A stretch of DNA of 64,000 bases, taken from assembly GCF_009914755.1 (NCBI RefSeq), contig NC_060948.1; one strand, given 5' to 3'. The notes under the pieces were generated by a model, which did no database searches, was not told where the DNA came from, and saw nothing but the letters and a program-made list of their open reading frames with translations. This DNA is from the human T2T-CHM13v2.0 reference genome, Homo sapiens. This document shows, piece by piece, positions 16,000 through 37,765 of the stretch. Made by a program: the position numbers and the translations under genes. The stretch's first letter is position 1. The number at the start of each line of letters is the position of its first letter.

Positions 16000-18104
16000 A
16001 GATCCATATTTTTTAAATGAAAAAAAATTTCAAAGGTACTCTGCTTGGTACAATAATCAAATGTATAAACTGAGGAATAAAACATAACCATGAAACCTAC
16101 TTATAACTGCATATGGAAAATACAGAGGATAATTTTTTAAATAACATATTTTGAAAGCCTTAACTAGTAATTTGAAGAGTTGGCATTTGAAAGGCCAGTA
16201 TGAATATACCTTCAATGCAGCAACACAGGTTCCCCATGAGAAAAAGCAAACACAGGGAAAATAAAAACACAAAGGTTCAATCTCTTCTGACCTTTGAAAG
16301 ACACAGCACAGACAGTGGTCCTTAGGACGAAGAGCAGGAGACCCCTAATTCCGTCACCATGGCGATAGTGCATAAACATTGCTGGGTGAGGGCACAATCC
16401 ACATTGTGAGGTCCAACTGCTGCCAGGAAGACAGGAGTGCTTTTACATAGACCGAAAGGTCATTGAAGGCTCAGAGTTTTGTTTCAAGAACTGAATCCCA
16501 AGCCCACACGTTATTAGGCTGCGCTTCTTAAAACAAGTTATGAGATGGGAAAAAGGGCACCCACAAACATACGTATACATTATGTATATAATAATATACA
16601 GTGTCATATATATAATATATATAACCTATGTATAATATTGTTTTACATCCTGCATCTTATGTTATATATATTGTATAAAATATAATAATTGATAATATAT
16701 AAGTTTTATAATTATACAATATGACATATAGTATATATTATAATTTATGACATATATAATATATGTTATATATCATATACAGAATATATTATACGGTTAA
16801 TATACGTATTAAATATAAATTATACATTATATATATTATATATAATATATCTGTTATATATAATACCCGTTATGCATAATATATATATTATGTCTATGTT
16901 ATATATAGTATAAAACAACATATAATAATATATAATTGTATATATAAAATGCGACATATAATATATATTATATTTTATAACATATGTAATATATATTATA
17001 TATTATATATAATACGTTGTATGTATAATACCTATATTAAATATATATTATATGACTATGTTGTTAATTACATGTCACATGTGTTATATATTATATATTT
17101 TACATAGAATATACCGGTTACATACAATATATACCATGTTACCTATAATGTATAATTTATTACATGTAAAAGAAAGAATGCAATATATTATGTATAATTT
17201 ATAATATACAATATGTGGAATGTGATATATATAACATATAATATATGATATATGATATACAGTATATGATATATAACATACAATATATGATTCCTAATAT
17301 ATATGGTATACAATATATATTTTATGATATGTATTCTGTATGTTTTATATTCTGTTATATATAACTATTTGAAATTATATATAACTGTATAATATTTTAT
17401 GTAAATATGTAATATAATATATATAACTATATAATATATTATATATAACTATATATTATGTTATATATACTTTTATAACATAATTTACATAAAATATCAT
17501 AATATAATATATATTATATTATTTCATATTACATAATATATATTACATATCACCCAATATAACTAACATACATAATATTATAATATAGATTATATTATGT
17601 TATATTAAATATCATATATATCATGTATCATATATTCTATAATATATATTACACATTATATAATATGTATGTTGTCTATTATGTGATATATATAACTATA
17701 TATATAATTATATTTTTATACATATAACTAGATAAACATGTAATTCTACATATTTTCATTTATAATATGTAGAATTATATAATCATATATAATTATTTAT
17801 ATTCTATAAAAAATTTTATCATTATCTAAATTATAATATATAAAAATTATAATATGTACTACAAATATATATATTATATATCATATATGATATAGTACCT
17901 TTGTTATATATCATAATACATATAAATGTGTATTATGTTATCTATAATTATATAATTTCATATATAAGATGTATAATATGTATCGTATATTATATATGTT
18001 ATGTAATATATATAGTATATATAAGATGACACAGGATAAATATTACATTCTATGACATATAAAATATATGAGGTTATATGTTACATATAAGGCATAGCAC
18101 ATAA

Positions 18105-18419
<315 letters not shown>

Positions 18420-20524
18420 AGATCCATATTTTTTAAATGAAAAAAAATTTCAAAGGTACTCTGCTTGGTACAATAATCAAATGTATAAACTGAGGAATAA
18501 AACATAACCATGAAACCTACTTATAACTGCATATGGATAATACACAGGATAATTTTTTAAATAACATATTTTGAAAGCCTTAACTAGTAATTTGAAGAGT
18601 TGGCATTTGAAAGACCAGTATGAATATACCTTCAAAGCAGCAACACAGGTTCCCCATGAGAAAAAGCAAACACAGGGAAAATAAAAACACAAAGGTTCAA
18701 TCTCTTCTGACCTTTGAAAGACACAGCACAGACAGTGGTCCTTAGGACGAAGAGCAGGAGACCCCTAATTCCGTCACCATGGCGATAGGGCATAAACATT
18801 GCTGGGTGAGGGCACAATCCACATTGTGAGGTCCAACTGCTGCCAGGAAGACAGGAGTGCTTTTACATAGACCGAAAGGTCATTGAAGGCTCAGAGTTTT
18901 GTTTCAAGAACTGAATCCCAAGCCCACACGTTATTAGGCTGCGCTTCTTAAAACAAGTTATGAGATGGGAAAAAGGGCACCCACAAACATACGTATACAT
19001 TATGTATATAATAATATACAGTGTCATATATATAATATATATAACCTATGTATAATATTGTTTTACATCCTGCATCTTATGTTATATATATTGTATAAAA
19101 TATAATAATTGATAATATATAAGTTTTATAATTATACAATATGACATATAGTATATATTATAATTTATGACATATATAATATATGTTATATATCATATAC
19201 AGAATATATTATACGGTTAATATACGTATTAAATATAAATTATACATTATATATATTATATATAATATATCTGTTATATATAATACCCGTTATGCATAAT
19301 ATACATATTATGTCTATGTTATATATAGTATAAAACAACATATAATAATATATAATTGTATATATAAAATGCGACATATAATACATATTATATTTTATAA
19401 CATATGTAATATATATTATATATTATATATAATACGTTGTATGTATAATACCTATATTAAATATATATTATATGACTATGTTATTAATTACATGTCACAT
19501 GTGTTATATATTATATATTTTACATAGAATATACCGGTTACATACAATATATACCATGTTACCTATAATGTATAATTTATTACATGTAAAATAAAGAATG
19601 CAATATATTATGTATAATTTATAATATACAATATGTGGAATGTGATATATATAACATATAATATATGATATATGATATACAGTATATGATATATAACATA
19701 CAATATATGATTCCTAATATATATGGTATACAATATATATTTTATGATATGTATTCTGTATGTTTTATATTCTGTTATATATAACTATTTGAAATTATAT
19801 ATAACTGTATAATATTTTATGTAAATATATAATATAATATATATAACTATATAATATATTATATATAACTATATATTATGTTATATATACTTTTATAACA
19901 TAATTTACATAAAATATCATAATATAATATATATTATATTATTTCATATTACATAATATATATTACATATCACCCAATATAACTAACATACATAATATTA
20001 TAATATAGATTATATTATGTTATATTAAATATCATATATATCATGTATCATATATTCTATAATATATATTACACATTATATAATATGTATGTTGTCTATT
20101 ATGTGATATATATAACTATATATATAATTATATTTTTATACATATAACTAGATAAACATGTAATTCTGCATATTTTCATTTATAATATGTAGAAGTATAT
20201 AATCATATATAATTATTTATATTCTATAAAAAATTTTATCATTATCTAAATTATAATATATAAAAATTATAATATGTACTACAAATATATATATTATATA
20301 TCATATATGATATAGTACCTTTGTTATATATCATAATACATATAAATGTGTATTATGTTATCTATAATTATATAATTTCATATATAAGATGTATAATATG
20401 TATCATATATTATATATGTTATGTAATATATATAGTATATATAAGATGACACAGGATAAATATTACATTCTATGACATATAAAATATATGAGGTTATATG
20501 TTACATATAAGGCATAGCACATAA

Positions 20525-20839
<315 letters not shown>

Positions 20840-22944
20840 AGATCCATATTTTTTAAATGAAAAAAAATTTCAAAGGTACTCTGCTTGGTACAATAATCAA
20901 ATGTATAAACTGAGGAATAAAACATAACCATGAAACCTACTTATAACTGCATATGGATAATACACAGGATAATTTTTTAAATAACATAGTTTGAAAGCCT
21001 TAACTAGTAATTTGAAGAGTTGGCATTTGAAAGGCCAGTATGAATATACCTTCAAAGCAGCAACACAGGTTCCCCATGAGAAAAAGCAAACACAGGGAAA
21101 ATAAAAACACAAAGGTTCAATCTCTTCTGACCTTTGAAAGACACAGCACAGACAGTGGTCCTTAGGACGAAGAGCAGGAGACCCCTAATTCCGTCACCAT
21201 GGCGATAGGGCATAAACATTGCTGGGTGAGGGCACAATCCACATTGTGAGGTCCAACTGCTGCCAGGAAGACAGGAGTGCTTTTACATAGACCGAAAGGT
21301 CATTGAAGGCTCAGAGTTTTGTTTCAAGAACTGAATCCCAAGCCCACACGTTATTAGGCTGCGCTTCTTAAAACAAGCTATGAGATGGGAAAAAGGGCAC
21401 CCACAAACATACGAATACATTATGTATATAATAATATACAGTGTCATATATATAATATATATAACCTATGTATAATATTGTTTTACATCCTGCATCTTAT
21501 GTTATATATATTGTATAAAATATAATAATTGATAATATATAAGTTTTATAATTATACAATATGACATATAGTATATATTATAATTTATGACATATATAAT
21601 ATATGTTATATATCATATACAGAATATATTATACGGTTAATATACGTATTAAATATAAATTATACATTATATATATTATATATAATATATCTGTTATATA
21701 TAATACCCGTTATGCATAATATACATATTATGTCTATGTTATATATAGTATAAAACAACATATAATAATATATAATTGTATATATAAAATGCGACATATA
21801 ATATATATTATATTTTATAACATATGTAATATATATTATATATTATATATAATACGTTGTATGTATAATACCTATATTAAATATATATTATATGACTATG
21901 TTATTAATTACATGTCACATGTGTTATATATTATATATTTTACATAGAATATACCGGTTACATACAATATATACCATGTTACCTATAATGTATAATTTAT
22001 TACATGTAAAATAAAGAATGCAATATATTATGTATAATTTATAATATACAATATGTGGAATGTGATATATATAACATATAATATATGATATATGATATAC
22101 AGTATATGATATATAACATACAATATATGATTCCTAATATATATGGTATACAATATATATTTTATGATATGTATTCTGTATGTTTTATATTCTGTTATAT
22201 ATAACTATTTGAAATTATATATAACTGTATAATATTTTATGTAAATATATAATATAATATATATAACTATATAATATATTATATATAACTATATATTATG
22301 TTATATATGCTTTTATAACATAATTTACATAAAATATCATAATATAATATATATTATATTATTTCATATTACATAATATATATTACATATCACCGAATAT
22401 AACTAACATACATAATATTATAATATAGATTATATTATGTTATATTAAATATCATATATATCATGTATCATATATTCTATAATATATATTACACATTATA
22501 TAATATGTATGTTGTCTATTATGTGATATATATAACTATATATATAATTATATTTTTATACATATAACTAGATAAACATGTAATTCTACATATTTTCATA
22601 TATAATATGTAGAAGTATATAATCATATATAATTATTTATATTCTATAAAAAATTTTATCATTATCTAAATTATAATATATAAAAATTATAATATGTACT
22701 ACAAATATATATATTATATATCATATATGATATAGTACCTTTGTTATATATCATAATACATATAAATGTGTATTATGTTATCTATAATTATATAATTTCA
22801 TATATAAGATGTATAATATATATCATACATTATATATGTTATGTAATATATATAGTATATATAAGATGACACAGGATAAATATTACATTCTATGACATAT
22901 AAAATATATGAGGTTATATGTTACATATAAGGCATAGCACATAA

Positions 22945-23259
<315 letters not shown>

Positions 23260-25364
23260 AGATCCATATTTTTTAAATGAAAAAAAATTTCAAAGGTACT
23301 CTGCTTGGTACAATAATCAAATGTATAAACTGAGGAATAAAACATAACCATGAAACCTACTTATAACTGCATATGGAAAATACAGAGGATAATTTTTTAA
23401 ATAACATATTTTGAAAGCCTTAACTAGTAATTTGAAGAGTTGGCATTTGAAAGGCCAGTATGAATATACCTTCAATGCAGCAACACAGGTTCCCCATGAG
23501 AAAAAGCAAACACAGGGAAAATAAAAACACAAAGGTTCAATCTCTTCTGACCTTTGAAAGACACAGCACAGACAGTGGTCCTTAGGACGAAGAGCAGGAG
23601 ACCCCTAATTCCGTCACCATGGCGATAGTGCATAAACATTGCTGGGTGAGGGCACAATCCACATTGTGAGGTCCAACTGCTGCCAGGAAGACAGGAGTGC
23701 TTTTACATAGACCGAAAGGTCATTGAAGGCTCAGAGTTTTGTTTCAAGAACTGAATCCCAAGCCCACACGTTATTAGGCTGCGCTTCTTAAAACAAGTTA
23801 TGAGATGGGAAAAAGGGCACCCACAAACATACGTATACATTATGTATATAATAATATACAGTGTCATATATATAATATATATAACCTATGTATAATATTG
23901 TTTTACATCCTGCATCTTATGTTATATATATTGTATAAAATATAATAATTGATAATATATAAGTTTTATAATTATACAATATGACATATAGTATATATTA
24001 TAATTTATGACATATATAATATATGTTATATATCATATACAGAATATATTATACGGTTAATATACGTATTAAATATAAATTATACATTATATATATTATA
24101 TATAATATATCTGTTATATATAATACCCGTTATGCATAATATACATATTATGTCTATGTTATATATAGTATAAAACAACATATAATAATATATAATTGTA
24201 TATATAAAATGCGACATATAATATATATTATATTTTATAACATATGTAATATATATTATATATTATATATAATACGTTGTATGTATAATACCTATATTAA
24301 ATATATATTATATGACTATGTTGTTAATTACATGTCACATGTGTTATATATTATATATTTTACATAGAATATACCGGTTACATACAATATATACCATGTT
24401 ACCTATAATGTATAATTTATTACATGTAAAATAAAGAATGCAATATATTATGTATAATTTATAATATACAATATGTGGAATGTGATATATATAACATATA
24501 ATATATGATATATGATATACAGTATATGATATATAACATAAAATATATGATTCCTAATATATATGGTATACAATATATATTTTATGATATGTATTCTGTA
24601 TGTTTTATATTCTGTTATATATAACTATTTGAAATTATATATAACTGTATAATATTTTATGTAAATATGTAATATAATATATATAACTATATAATATATT
24701 ATATATAACTATATATTATGTTATATATACTTTTATAACATAATTTACATAAAATATCATAATATAATATATATTATATTATTTCATATTACATAATATA
24801 TATTACATATCACCCAATATAACTAACATACATAATATTATAATATAGATTATATTATGTTATATTAAATATCATATATATCATGTATCATATATTCTAT
24901 AATATATATTACACATTATATAATATGTATGTTGTCTATTATGTGATATATATAACTATATATATAATTATATTTTTATACATATAACTAGATAAACATG
25001 TAATTCTACATATTTTCATTTATAATATGTAGAAGTATATAATCATATATAATTATTTATATTCTATAAAAAATTTTATCATTATACAAATTATAATATA
25101 TAAAAATTATAATATGTACTACAAATATATATATTATCTATCATATATGATATAGTACCTTTGTTATATATCATAATACATATAAATGTGTATTATGTTA
25201 TCTATAATTATATAATTTCATATATAAGATGTATAATATGTATCATATATTATATATGTTATGTAATATATATAGTATATATAAGATGACACAGGATAAA
25301 TATTATATACTATGACATATAAAATATATGAGGTTATATGTTACATATAAGGCATAGCACATAA

Positions 25365-25679
<315 letters not shown>

Positions 25680-27783
25680 AGATCCATATTTTTTAAATGA
25701 AAAAAAATTTCAAAGGTACTCTGCTTGGTACAATAATCAAATGTATAAACTGAGGAATAAAACATAACCATGAAACCTACTTATAACTGCATATGGAAAA
25801 TACAGAGGATAATTTTTTAAATAACATAGTTTGAAAGCCTTAACTAGTAATTTGAAGAGTTGGCATTTGAAAGGCCAGTATGAATATACCTTCAAAGCAG
25901 CAACACAGGTTCCCCATGAGAAAAAGCAAACACAGGGAAAATAAAAACACAAAGGTTCAATCTCTTCTGACCTTTGAAAGACACAGCACAGACAGTGGTC
26001 CTTAAGACGAAGAGCAGGAGACCCCTAATTCCGTCACCATGGCGATAGGGCATAAACATTGCTGGGTGAGGGCACAATCCACATTGTGAGGTCCAACTGC
26101 TGCCAGGAAGACAGGAGTGCTTTTACATAGACCGAAAGGTCATTGAAGGCTCAGAGTTTTGTTTCAAGAACTGAATCCCAAGCCCACACGTTATTAGGCT
26201 GCGCTTCTTAAAACAAGTTATGAGATGGGAAAAAGGGCACCCACAAACATACGTATACATTATGTATATAATAATATACAGTGTCATATATATAATATAT
26301 ATAACCTATGTATAATATTGTTTTACATCCTGCATCTTATGTTATATATATTGTATAAAATATAATAATTGATAATATATAACTTTTACAATTATACAAT
26401 ATGACATATAGTATATATTATAATTTATGACATATATAATATATGTTATATATCATATACAGAATATACTATACGGTTAATATACGTATTAAATATAAAT
26501 TATACATTATATATATTATATATAATATATCTGTTATATATAATACCCGTTATGCATAATATATATATTATGTCTATGTTATATATAGTATAAAACAACA
26601 TATAATAATATATAATTGTATATATAAATGCGACATATAATATATATTATATTTTATGACATATGTAATATATATTATATATTATATATAATACGTTGTA
26701 TGTATAATACCTATATTAAATATATATTATATGACTATGTTATTAATTACATGTCACATGTGTTATATATTATATATTTTACATAGAAAATACCGGTTAC
26801 ATACAATATATACCATGTTACCTATAATGTATAATTTATTACATGTAAAATAAAGAATGCAATATATTATGTATAATTTATAATATACAATATGTGGAAT
26901 GTGATATATATAACATATAATATATGATATATGATATACAGTATATGATATATAACATACAATATATGATTCCTAATATATATGGTATACAATATATATT
27001 TTATGATATGTATTCTATATGTTTTATATTCTGTTATATATAACTATTTGAAATTATATATAACTGTATAATATTTTATGTAAATATGTAATATAATATA
27101 TATAACTATATAATATATTATATATAACTATATATTATGTTATATATACTTTTATAACATAATTTACATAAAATATCATAATATAATATATATTATATTA
27201 TTTCATATTACATAATATATATTACATATCACCCAATATAACTAACATACATAATATTATAATATAGATTATATTATGTTATATTAAATATCATATATAT
27301 CATGTATCATATATTCTATAATATATATTACACATTATATAATATGTATGTTGTCTATTATGTGATATATATAACTCTATATATAATTATATTTTTATAC
27401 ATATAACTAGATAAACATGTAATTCTACATATTTTCATTTATAATATGTAGAAGTATATAATCATATATAATTATTTATATTCTATAAAAAATTTTATCA
27501 TTATACAAATTATAATATATAAAAATTATAATATGTACTACAAATATATATATTATCTATCATATATGATATAGTACCTCTGTTATATATCATAATACAT
27601 ATAAATGTGTATTATGTTATCTATAATTATATAATTTCATATATAAGATGTATAATATGTATCATATATTATATATGTTATGTAATATATATAGTATATA
27701 TAAGATGACACAGGATAAATATTATATACTATGACATATAAAATATATGAGGTTATATGTTACATATAAGGCATAGCACATAA

Positions 27784-28098
<315 letters not shown>

Positions 28099-30204
28099 AG
28101 ATCCATATTTTTTAAATGAAAAAAAATTTCAAAGGTACTCTGCTTGGTACAATAATCAAATGTATAAACTGAGGAATAAAACATAACCATGAAACCTACT
28201 TATAACTGCATATGGAAAATACAGAGGATAATTTTTTAAATAACATATTTTGAAAGCCTTAACTAGTAATTTGAAGAGTTGGCATTTGAAAGGCCAGTAT
28301 GAATATACCTTCAAAGCAGCAACACAGGTTCCCCATGAGAAAAAGCAAACACAGGGAAAATAAAAACACAAAGGTTCAATCTCTTCTGACCTTTGAAAGA
28401 CACAGCACAGACAGTGGTCCTTAGGACGAAGAGCAGGAGACCCCTAATTCCGTCACCATGGCGATAGGGCATAAACATTGCTGGGTGAGGGCACAATCCA
28501 CATTGTGAGGTCCAACTGCTGCCAGGAAGACAGGAGTGCTTTTACATAGACCGAAAGGTCATTGAAGGCTCAGAGTTTTGTTTCAAGAACTGAATCCCAA
28601 GCCCACACGTTATTAGGCTGCGCTTCTTAAAACAAGTTATGAGATGGGAAAAAGGGCACCCACAAACATACGTATACATTATGTATATAATAATATAGAG
28701 TGTCATATATATAATATATATAACCTATGTATAATATTGTTTTTACATCCTGCATCTTATGATATATATATTGTATAAAATATAATAATTGATAATATAT
28801 AAGTTTTATAATTATACAATATGACATATAGTATATATTATAATTTATGACATATATAATATATGTTATATATCATATACAGAATATATTATACGGTTAA
28901 TATACGTATTAAATATAAATTATACATTATATATATTATATATAATATATCTGTTATATATAATACCCGTTATGCATAATATATATATTATGTCTATGTT
29001 ATATATAGTATAAAACAACACATAATAATATATAATTGTATATATAAAATGCGACATATAATATATATTATATTTTATGACATATGTAATATATATTATA
29101 TATTATATATAATACGTTGTATGTATAATACCTATATTAAATATATATTATATGACTATGTTATTAATTACATGTCACATGTGTTATATATTATATATTT
29201 TACATAGAATATACCGGTTACATACAATATATACCATGTTACCTATAATGTATAATTTATTACATGTAAAATAAAGAATGCAATATATTATGTATAATTT
29301 ATAATATACAATATGTGGAATGTGATATATATAACATATAATATATGATATATGATATACAGTATATGATATATAACATACAATATATGATTCCTAATAT
29401 ATATGGTATACAATATATATTTTATGTTATGTATTCTATATGTTTTATATTCTGTTATATATAACTATTTGAAATTATATATAACTGTATAATATTTTAT
29501 GTAAATATGTAATATGATATATATAACTATATAATATATTATATATAACTATATATTATGTTATATATACTTTTATAACATAATTTACATAAAATATCAT
29601 AATATAATATATATTATATTATTTCATATTACATAATATATATTACATATCACCCAATATAACTAACATACATAATATTATAATATAGATTATATTGTGT
29701 TATATTAAATATCATATATATCATGTATCATATATTCTATAATATATATTACACATTATATAATATGTATGTTGTCTATTATGTGATATATATAACTATA
29801 TATATAATTATATTTTTATACATATAACTAGATAAACATGTAATTCTACATATTTTCATTTATAATATGTAGAAGTATATAATCATATATAATTATTTAT
29901 ATTCTATAAAAAATTTTATCATTATACAAATTATAATATATAAAAATTATAATATGTACTACAAATATATATATTATCTATCATATATGATATAGTACCT
30001 TTGTTATATATCATAATACATATAAATGTGTATTATGTTATCTATAATTATATAATTTCATATATAAGATGTATAATATGTATCATATATTATATATGTT
30101 GTGTAATATATATAGTATATATAAGATGACACAGGATAAATATTATATACTATGACATATAAAATATATGAGGTTATATGTTACATATAAGGCATAGCAC
30201 ATAA

Positions 30205-30519
<315 letters not shown>

Positions 30520-32625
30520 AGATCCATATTTTTTAAATGAAAAAAAATTTCAAAGGTACTCTGCTTGGTACAATAATCAAATGTATAAACTGAGGAATAA
30601 AACATAACCATGAAACCTACTTATAACTGCATATGGAAAATACAGAGGATAATTTTTTAAATAACATATTTTGAAAGCCTTAACTAGTAATTTGAAGAGT
30701 TGGCATTTGAAAGGCCAGTATGAATATACCTTCAAAGCAGCAACACAGGTTCCCCATGAGAAAAAGCAAACACAGGGAAAATAAAAACACAAAGGTTCAA
30801 TCTCTTCTGACCTTTGAAAGACACAGCACAGACAGTGGTCCTTAGGACGAAGAGCAGGAGACCCCTAATTCCGTCACCATGGCGATAGGGCATAAACATT
30901 GCTGGGTGAGGGCACAATCCACATTGTGAGGTCCAACTGCTGCCAGGAAGACAGGAGTGCTTTTACATAGACCGAAAGGTCATTGAAGGCTCAGAGTTTT
31001 GTTTCAAGAACTGAATCCCAAGCCCACACGTTATTAGGCTGCGCTTCTTAAAACAAGTTATGAGATGGGAAAAAGGGCACCCTCAAACATACGTATACAT
31101 TATGTATATAATAATATAGAGTGTCATATATATAATATATATAACCTATGTATAATATTGTTTTTACATCCTGCATCTTATGTTATATATATTGTATAAA
31201 ATATAATAATTGATAATATATAAGTTTTATAATTATACAATATGACATATAGTATATATTATAATTTATGACATATATAATATATGTTATATATCATATA
31301 CAGAATATATTATACGGTTAATATACGTATTAAATATAAATTATACATTATATATATTATATATAATATATCTGTTATATATAATACCCGTTATGCATAA
31401 TATATATATTATGTCTATGTTATATATAGTATAAAACAACATATAATAATATATAATTGTATATATAAAATGCGACATATAATATATATTATATTTTATG
31501 ACATATGTAATATATATTATATATTATATATAATACGTTGTATGTATAATACCTATATTAAATATATATTATATGACTATGTTATTAATTACATGTCACA
31601 TGTGTTATATATTATATATTTTACATAGAATATACCGGTTACATACAATATATACTATGTTACCTATAATGTATAATTTATTACATGTAAAATAAAGAAT
31701 GCAATATATTATGTATAATTTATAATATACAATATGTGGAATGTGATATATATAACATATAATATATGATATATGATATACAGTATATGATATATAACAT
31801 ACAATATATGATTCCTAATATATATGGTATACAATATATATTTTATGATATGTATTCTATATGTTTTATATTCTGTTATATATAACTATTTGAAATTATA
31901 TATAACTGTATAATATTTTATGTAAATATGTAATATAATATATATAACTATATAATATATTATATATAACTATATATTATGTTATATATACTTTTATAAC
32001 ATAATTTACATAAAATATCATAATATAATATATATTATATTATTTCATATTACATAATATATATTACATATCACCCAATATAACTAACATACATAATATT
32101 ATAATATAGATTATATTGTGTTATATTAAATATCATATATATCATGTATCATATATTCTATAATATATATTACACATTATATAATATGTATGTTGTCTAT
32201 TATGTGATATATATAACTATATATATAATTATATTTTTATACATATAACTAGATAAACATGTAATTCTACATATTTTCATTTATAATATGTAGAATTATA
32301 TAATCATATATAATTATTTATATTCTATAAAAAATTTTATCATTATATAAATTATAATATATAAAAATTATAATATGTACTACAAATATATATATTATAT
32401 ATCATATATGATATAGTACCTTTGTTATATATCATAATACATATAAATGTGTATTATGTTATCTATAATTATATAATTTCATATATAAGTTGTATAATAT
32501 GTATCATATATTATACATGTTATGTAATATATATAGTATATATAAGATGACACAGGATAAATATTATATACTATGACATATAAAATATATGAGGTTATAT
32601 GTTACATATAAGGCATAGCACATAA

Positions 32626-32940
<315 letters not shown>

Positions 32941-35037
32941 AGATCCATATTTTTTAAATGAAAAAAAATTTCAAAGGTACTCTGCTTGGTACAATAATCA
33001 AATGTATAAACTGAGGAATAAAACATAACCATGAAACCTACTTATAACTGCATATGGAAAATACAGAGGATAATTTTTTAAATAACATATTTTGAAAGCC
33101 TTAACTAGTAATTTGAAGAGTTGGCATTTGAAAGGCCAGTATGAATATACCTTCAAAGCAGCAACACAGGTTCCCCATGAGAAAAAGCAAACACAGGGAA
33201 AATAAAAACACAAAGGTTCAATCTCTTCTGACCTTTGAAAGACACAGCACAGACAGTGGTCCTTAGGACGAAGAGCAGGAGACCCCTAATTCCGTCACCA
33301 TGGCGATAGGGCATAAACATTGCTGGGTGAGGGCACAATCCACATTGTGAGGTCCAACTGCTGCCAGGAAGACAGGAGTGCTTTTACATAGACCGAAAGG
33401 TCATTGAAGGCTCAGAGTTTTGTTTCAAGAACTGAATCCCAAGCCCACACGTTATTAGGCTGCGCTTCTTAAAACAAGTTATGAGATGGGAAAAAGGGCA
33501 CCCACAAACATACGTATACATTATGTATATAATAATATAGAGTGTCATATATATAATATATATAACCTATGTATAATATTGTTTTACATCCTGCATCTTA
33601 TGTTATATATATTGTATAAAATATAATAATTGATAATATATAAGTTTTATAATTATACAATATGACATATAGTATATATTATAATTTATGACATATATAA
33701 TATATGTTATATATCATATACAGAATATATTATACGGTTAATATACGTATTAAATATACATTATACATTACACATATTATATATAATATATCTGTTATAT
33801 ATAATACCCATTATGCATAATATATATATTATGTCTATGTTATATATAGTATAAAACAACATATAATAATATATAATTGTATATATAAAATGCGACATAT
33901 AATATATATTATATTTTATAACATATGTAATATATATTATATATAATACGTTGTATGTATAATACCTATATTAAATATATATTATATGACTATGTTATTA
34001 ATTACATGTCACATGTGTTATATATTATATATTTTACATAGAATATACCGGTTACATACAATATATACCATGTTACCTATAATGTATAATTTATTACATG
34101 TAAAATAAAGAATGCAATATATTATGTATAATTTATAATATACAATATGTGGAATGTGATATATATAACATATAATATATGATATATGATATACAGTATA
34201 TGATATATAACATACAATATATGATTCCTAATATATATGGTATACAATATATATTTTATGATATGTATTCTATATGTTTTATATTCTGTTATATATAACT
34301 ATTTGAAATTATATATAACTGTATAATATTTTATGTAAATATGTAATATAATATATATAACTATATAACATATTATATATAACTATATATTATGTTATAT
34401 ATACTTTTATAACATAATTTACATAAAATATCATAATATAATATATATTATATTATTTCATATTACATAATATATATTACATATCACCCAATATAACTAA
34501 CATACATAATATTATAATATAGATTATATTGTGTTATATTAAATATCATATATATCATGTATCATATATTCTATAATATATATTACACATTATATAATAT
34601 GTATGTTGTCTATTAAGTGATATATATAACTATATATATAATTATATTTTTATACATATAACTAGATAAACATGTAATTCTACATATTTTCATTTATAAT
34701 ATGTAGAATTATATAATCATATATAATTATTTATATTCTATAAAAATTTTATCATTATATAAATTATAATATATAAAAATTATAATATGTACTACAAATA
34801 TGTATATTATATATCATATATGATATAGTACCTTTGTTATATTTCATAATACATATAAATGTGTATTATGTTATCTATAATTATATAATTTCATATATAA
34901 GATGTATAATATATATCATATATTATATATGTTATGTAATATATATAGTATATATAAGATGACACAGGATAAATATTATATACTATGACATATAAAATAT
35001 ATGAGGTTATATGCTACATATAAGGCATAGCACATAA

Positions 35038-35352
<315 letters not shown>

Positions 35353-37450
35353 AGATCCATATTTTTTAAATGAAAAAAAATTTCAAAGGTACTCTGCTTG
35401 GTACAATAATCAAATGTATAAACTGAGGAATAAAACATAACCATGAAACCTACTTATAACTGCATATGGAAAATACAGAGGATAATTTTTTAAATAACAT
35501 ATTTTGAAAGCCTTAACTAGTAATTAGAAGAGTTGGCATTTGAAAGGCCAGTATGAATATACCTTCAAAGCAGCAACACAGGTTCCCCATGAGAAAAAGC
35601 AAACACAGGGAAAATAAAAACACAAAGGTTCAATCTCTTCTGACCTTTGAAAGACACAGCACAGACAGTGGTCCTTAGGACGAAGAGCAGGAGACCCCTA
35701 ATTCCGTCACCATGGCGATAGGGCATAAACATTGCTGGGTGAGGGCACAATCCACATTGTGAGGTCCAACTGCTGCCAGGAAGACAGGAGTGCTTTTACA
35801 TAGACCGAAAGGTCATTGAAGGCTCAGAGTTTTGTTTCAAGAACTGAATCCCAAGCCCACACGTTATTAGGCTGCGCTTCTTAAAACAAGTTATGAGATG
35901 GGAAAAAGGGCACCCACAAACATACGTATACATTATGTATATAATAATATACAGTGTCATATATATAATATATATAACCTATGTATAATATTGTTTTACA
36001 TCCTGCATCTTATGTTATATATATTGTATAAAATATAATAATTGATAATATATAAGTTTTATAATTATACAATATGACATAAAGTATATATTATAATTTA
36101 TGACATATATAATATATGTTATATATCATATATAGAATATATTATACGGTTAATATACGTATTAAATATAAATTATACATTATATATATTATATATGATA
36201 TATCTGTTATACATAATACCCATTATGCATAATATATATATTATGTCTATGTTATATATAGTATAAAACAACATATAATAATATATAATTGTATATGTAA
36301 AATGCGACATATAATATATATTATATTTTATACCATATGTAATATATATTATATATAATACGTTGTATGTATAATACCTATATTAAATATATATTATATG
36401 ACTATGTTATTACTTACATGTCACATGTGTTATATATTATATATTTTACATAGAATATACCGGTTACATACAATATATACTATGTTACCTATAATGTATA
36501 ATTTATTACATGTAAAATAAAGAATGCAATATATTATGTAAAATTTATAATATACCATATGTGGAATGTGATATATATAACATATAATATATGATATATG
36601 ATGTACAGTATATGATATATAACATACAATATATGATTCCTAATATATATGGTATACAATATATATTTTATGATATGTATTCTATATGTTTTATATTCTG
36701 TTATATATAACTATTTGAAATTATATATAACTGTATAATATTTTATGTAAATATGTAATATAATATATATAACTATATAACATATTATATATAACTATAT
36801 ATTATGTTATATATACTTTTATAACATAATTTACATAAAATATCATAATATAATATATATTATATTATTTCATATTACATAATATATATTACATATCACC
36901 CAATATAACTAACATACATAATATTATAATATAGATTATATTATGTTATATTAAATATCATATATATCATGTATCATATATTCTATAATATATATTACAC
37001 ATTATATAATATGTATGTTGTCTATTATGTGATATATATAACTATATATATAATTATATTTTTATACATATAACTAGATAAACATGTAATTCTACATATT
37101 TTCATTTATAATATGTAGAATTATATAATCATATATAATTATTTATATTCTATAAAAAATTTTATCATTATATAAATTATAATATATAAAAATTATAATA
37201 TGTACTACAAATATATATATTATATATCATATATGATATAGTACCTTTGTTATATATCATAATACATATAAATGTTTATTATATTATGTATAATTATATA
37301 ATTTCATATATAAGATTTATAATATGTTTCATATATTATATAAGTTATGTAATATATATAGTATATATAAGATGACACAGGATAAATATTATATACTATG
37401 ACATATAAAATATATGAGGTTATATGTTACATATAAGGCATAGCACATAA

Positions 37451-37765
<315 letters not shown>
